A stretch of DNA of 13,000 nt from Takakia lepidozioides. Its lineage: Eukaryota > Plantae > Bryophyta. A program made the translations under genes and the position numbers. Below the pieces are notes generated by a model, which was not told the DNA's origin, did no database searches, and saw only the letters and a program-made list of their open reading frames with translations. Each line of letters starts with the position of its first letter. Within the stretch, counting starts at the first letter, position 1. The DNA is taken from assembly GCA_030704615.1 (NCBI GenBank), contig JAKLZA010000230.1, positions 1 to 13,000 on the forward strand, read 5' to 3'. Below, piece by piece: positions 9,448 through 13,000 of this stretch.

Positions 9448-11408
9448 CTCATTCTGGTGTCTTATCCAGAATGAACAGGCTGCCTTGCGATGTCCTGGCT
9501 GATTACAATAGTAACATAGCTCTTCACCATTGGGTCCTCGCCCTTGGTCTGGTCTTGGATTATTTCTATAATCCTGATTCCCGGGCTGGTAATTCCCCTT
9601 GGATTACCCTGATAGTTGCCTCTGGAATTTCCTTGGTAATTCCCTCTTGAATTACCTCTCCCTTCCATGCCATTGTTATAACCACCAGACCTACCATAGT
9701 GGTCCTGATCATTGCTTCTTCTTGGCTGGGGCTGCACCTGATGCACCCTACTTGCCTAGGTTCTCTTGCAGCTGTCCTTCTGTTGTAGTAACAATTCTCA
9801 GTAGAATGGTTATCCATTTTACAGATAGTACAGTGTTTCTCCTTCATGTGGCATTCTGTAGTGGTATGGCCTTCATTCTGGCACTTTGCACACCATACAC
9901 CCTTCCTCCAATGTGTTGCAGCCTCTGTGGCATACTTCTTCAAGATTTCTTCCAATCTTTTCTCATAGTTATCCCTCTTCAACTTTTCCTTTCTCTTACT
10001 CTTTCTTTTAGTTCTTGCTCTTCTTCTTCATCTGACTCATCTTCAGAGTCCTCATCTTCCTTTTTCTCTCTCCTGAGCATTCCCAATTGCTCAATTCTGT
10101 TTGCAGTTTCAAATGCCTCCTCCACTGTATTATGGGGTAACATATCCACTTTCTTCTGCAACTCTGGTCTTAGTCCACTCACAAACCAAGTCTTCTGTAA
10201 ACCGGGTGCTGGTACTGCAGCCAGCTTTTTCATCATCAATTCCATCTTCTCCATATACTCTTCAACAGTTTCATGCTTCTTCTGCTTCAGCTGTTGTAAA
10301 CTTCCATACACTTCATCCTCAGTTTTACTTGTCCTGAACCTATTTCGAAATGCTGTATTCAAGCCATTCCAGGTTAGGAAATGATTATCAGGGAATCTTG
10401 CATACCATTCACTTGCTTTCTTGATAAGTGAACAAGGAAACAGTCTCATCTTGGCATCATCGCCATTCTCATTGTTCACTATACACATGTGCTCAAATTG
10501 GCTAATGTGTACATCGGGATCCCCTTTTCCTGAATATATTGGAAAGGGTGGTTTTGCCCGTGTTGGTTGTAACGCCATCTGTGGCCCTACCTTCTGCCCA
10601 CTGACAGGTGCTGGCACCCTTGCTGGTGCTGGTCCTTCTGGACCTGTTGTTTTTGTGGTGGATCTTCCACCAAGTGGTGGCCCTTGAGCACTCCTGCTTC
10701 TGGCCCCACGATATTCACAGTATTCCCAGCTTCAGTTGCACTACTTCCCACACTCCCTGTCCCCCCAGAGCCAGATCCAGGCAGCCCGCCTGATCCCCCT
10801 GAGCCGACACCTTCGTTGGCCTGTGATCCAAGTGCTCCACTTGATCCAGGTCCAACGGGTTGGGATGTCCTGGTTGTAGTCTCAACCTCAGCTGTTGGGT
10901 CTACTTCTTCATATTCTTCCTCTTCCAATTTCTTCTCTCTGTTTTCATCCTCCAAGTTCTGCCCTTGGGTTTCTTCTTCACTCATGTAACTCAACTGTAA
11001 TGGTGTTGGAGAGTCTGAACTCTCCGTTGGCTCTGCCACATCCTCATCTCCTTCTTCATCTTCTGCTTCAGAAACTGGAGTTCCTGCTTTTGGTGTTCCA
11101 TGCCAACTCTTATCAAAGATTTCTGTCAAGTCTTTTATCCAAGGATGTACCTCAGATCTTTCACCTCGTGATTGATCTTCTTCCTGTACCAATTCCCTTA
11201 ATCTTTCTTGCAAAGAAACAGAAGGAGTGGCATCCAACTCTAGTTCTTCCGGTATAGGTGATGCACTTTTTGATCTTGATGGTGTGAGAGGTCCAGATGA
11301 TTCCCCTATGTCTATTCCTCTCTCCCAAAGATATGGATAATTAGCTTTCAGATAGCTTTCTCTTTTTGATGAATATCTTTGTCGTCTAGCTTCTCTTTCA
11401 TCACTCAT
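9448..11408 (-). CDS. gag: Gag: acidic and Gly/Ser-rich N-terminal extension, retrotransposon gag capsid domain, three CX2CX4HX4C knuckles; four -1 shifts
   Basis: YSGKGDPDVHI...FPCSLIKKASEWY...TWNGLNTAFRNRF...QKKHETVEEY...FVSGL. Knuckles lie at 9851-9892, 9791-9832 and 9475-9516, and the last one is in frame with the protease. Confidence 0.9.
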
Positions 11409-11429
11409 GTCCCATGTCTTTCATTTCTT

Positions 11430-11798
11430 TTAATGTGGCAATAACCAAAACTCTCTTCTGTAATATCTCTCGTATATGCCTGGATTTCTTTCAAGCTTCA
11501 ATGCACCCTTGGCTATACTTGAAGTCTCCGTTACCATATAACCATATGGCAAACAAGTCTGAAAAGCTGTTCTTGGTGTGAGTTTGATCCACAAAATATC
11601 CTTTGGAATCCAATTCTTTACCAGTACAAGCTCTTCATGCATATGAGTATAAACATTCACCTTTCTTTCTTCCCAGCCTTCAAACTCTACTCGTTTAATG
11701 GATAGCAACGCTATCACATAAACTAATGTTGGTAACCAACGTGCTCTTCCTCTACAGGCTACCTGATAAATCTTATCACTCCTTTCTCCAGACCCCAT
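11430..11798 (-). CDS. Possible extra 5' ORF between the PBS and gag; product unknown
   Basis: 122-codon ORF, with a further open frame (about 11980-11760) linked by a -1 shift. No recognisable motif. Confidence 0.35.
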   Translation of the reverse strand: MGSGERSDKIYQVACRGRARWLPTLVYVIALLSIKRVEFEGWEERKVNVYTHMHEELVLVKNWIPKDILWIKLTPRTAFQTCLPYGYMVTETSSIAKGALKLERNPGIYERYYRREFWLLPH

Positions 11799-11992
11799 TC
11801 TGGATCAGCATCATGCACTCGTTTAAGAATTTTCTTTACATCCGTCTGGCAATTCCAAGAACCTTTGAAAGAATTGTTTGGACAATCTTTCTTCTTCGTT
11901 CCACAGGGAATTTGATTCACTTCAAAATCTTTAATGGTCCAACCACCATGATCCCACCAGATGCTGTCACATCTGGTTGTTCATGTCCCAGG

Positions 11993-12010
11993 TCCCCAGT
12001 ATGGTCGCCA
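11993..12010 (-). promoter_or_regulatory. Primer binding site, probably tRNA-Arg
   Basis: TGGCGACCATACTGGGGA starts 2 nt after the terminal CA of the LTR. It is complementary to a tRNA ending GGUCGCCA, resembling plant tRNA-Arg(TCG) as recalled, with imperfect pairing after 9 nt. Confidence 0.88.
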
Positions 12011-12012
12011 AA

Positions 12013-12988
12013 TGTCGCGCGGCTTTTTCACCCATCCCTTCGCTATCCGAGGCGGAAACTCCAAGATAGAAGAGTTGGAAATCTCAAGTACTCAGCCCGC
12101 GCAGAACAATCAGTCATACCTACAGCTAGTGTATCATGGGGGTGTTTCCTATTTGTTTCCTTTCCGCATTCATCTTAGATTACCTTACCATTGATAATTA
12201 AGTATCAGTTTGCTTCATCATTTATCGGTTTCCTTAACTCCTCAATTCAGCCACAGCTTCACTCAGATTCTCCTACACACAGTGATTGATCGTTTATAAG
12301 TTCTCAGATTATGATTATCCAGGTATCAGGCCGAATCGAATCCCTTATGTCTCTAATTTCTGCTCTACAATACACTCTCAGCTTTGCATATGACAAGCAT
12401 CAATAATCCTCTTTCTTCCTTCATCGTGCCTCAGATCTCCGCTCACCGCCTGTCTCGAAAGTACAGCCCCGAATAATAAGATCCTCATCCTTCCTATTCC
12501 CAGTCTTCCCTTATCCTCCTATCGCAGGTTCTCAAACCGTTTCCATTCTGTAACCGTCGTATGTGAAATAACATGTTCCCTTCACTGGTGTTGTTACAAC
12601 AGTCGTTCCCGGTCCTACTCTTTCGTACCTATTATGTGACAGCTGTGTCAAGCGGTGACTGGCTTTGCTTGTTTGGCTGTGTCGGGCTGTGACTGGCTGT
12701 GTGGGCTGTGTCTGCTGTGACGACTGTGACGGGCTGTGTGGGCTGTGTGGGCTGTGACGACTGTGACGGCTGTGTGGGCTGTGTGGGCTGTGTGGGCTGT
12801 GACGACTGTGACGGGCTGTGTTGGCTGTGTGGGCTGTGTCTGCTGTGTCGGCTGTGTGGGCTATGTAACCCCCTTCTACAGTGCGCTGCTGTCACCCCTA
12901 AGGTTCCTGTTTGTCTCAGTCTGTGCAAAATTTAAGGGTACCCTACAGATCCCGTATAAGTGTCTAAGTCCCCTACAGTCCTCTAACA
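12013..12988 (-). repeat. 5' LTR, 976 bp, TGT...ACA termini
   Basis: The right boundary is where identity with the other LTR ends. The left boundary is the CA adjacent to the PBS. Confidence 0.9.
12636..12862. repeat. Minisatellite in the 5' LTR (shorter version)
   Basis: Same GGCTGTG/GACTGTG units as 43-455. Confidence 0.92.
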
Positions 12989-12993
12989 TACTT
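12989..12993. other. Candidate 5-bp target-site duplication (TACTT); only one side is visible
   Basis: These are the bases flanking the LTR terminus. The partner copy would lie outside the window. Confidence 0.4.
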
Positions 12994-13000
12994 TCCCAAA

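Larger units (their letters stand above)
1..12988 (-). mobile_element. Ty3/Gypsy LTR retrotransposon, non-chromovirus (Athila/Phygy/Selgy-like), near full length; 3' LTR truncated by the window edge
   Basis: Two direct LTR copies, PBS, PPT, and domain order gag-PR-RT-RH-INT (Gypsy order). RT motif YSFMDGFSGYNQ and RNase H end ADHLSR resemble Athila-type elements. The lineage call comes from motif recognition, not phylogeny. Confidence 0.96.

Noticed and set aside
5602-10730. Programmed -1 ribosomal frameshifting
   Set aside because: Eight shifts scattered within and between domains are too many. Missing bases explain them better.
9599-11257. Plus-strand ORFs (261, 120 and 101 aa, and similar ones elsewhere)
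   Set aside because: They are Ser/Phe/Leu-rich antisense shadows of the purine-rich minus-strand coding sequence.
12291-12300. TATA-like CTTATAAA on the minus strand of the 5' LTR
   Set aside because: Plausible, but too short and unsupported to call without TSS data.

Overview
The window is almost entirely one near-full-length Ty3/Gypsy LTR retrotransposon on the minus strand. It looks like a plant non-chromovirus (Athila/Phygy/Selgy-like: no chromodomain and no extra archaeal-type RNase H seen), probably from a non-seed plant (inference). In element orientation the order is: 5' LTR (12988-12013, TG...CA), tRNA-Arg-like PBS, a leader with an extra ORF, gag (long acidic N-terminal extension, capsid domain, three CCHC knuckles), protease, RT, RNase H, integrase (HHCC, DDE, GPY), a 30-bp tandem array, a large unexplained 3' coding region (about 4380-612), PPT, and a partial 3' LTR (580 to the window edge). 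Every break I traced in the coding region (13 of them) is a -1 shift, equivalent to one missing base. Repairing them gives one gag-pol ORF and one 3' ORF of about 1200 aa (globular domain, long coiled coil, second globular domain). Integrase reads into the 30-bp array in the same peptide frame that leaves the array and runs stop-free into the 3' ORF, so the element may encode a single polyprotein of about 3600 codons. Both LTRs carry a GGCTGTG-based minisatellite of different lengths, and it shares its core with the internal array.
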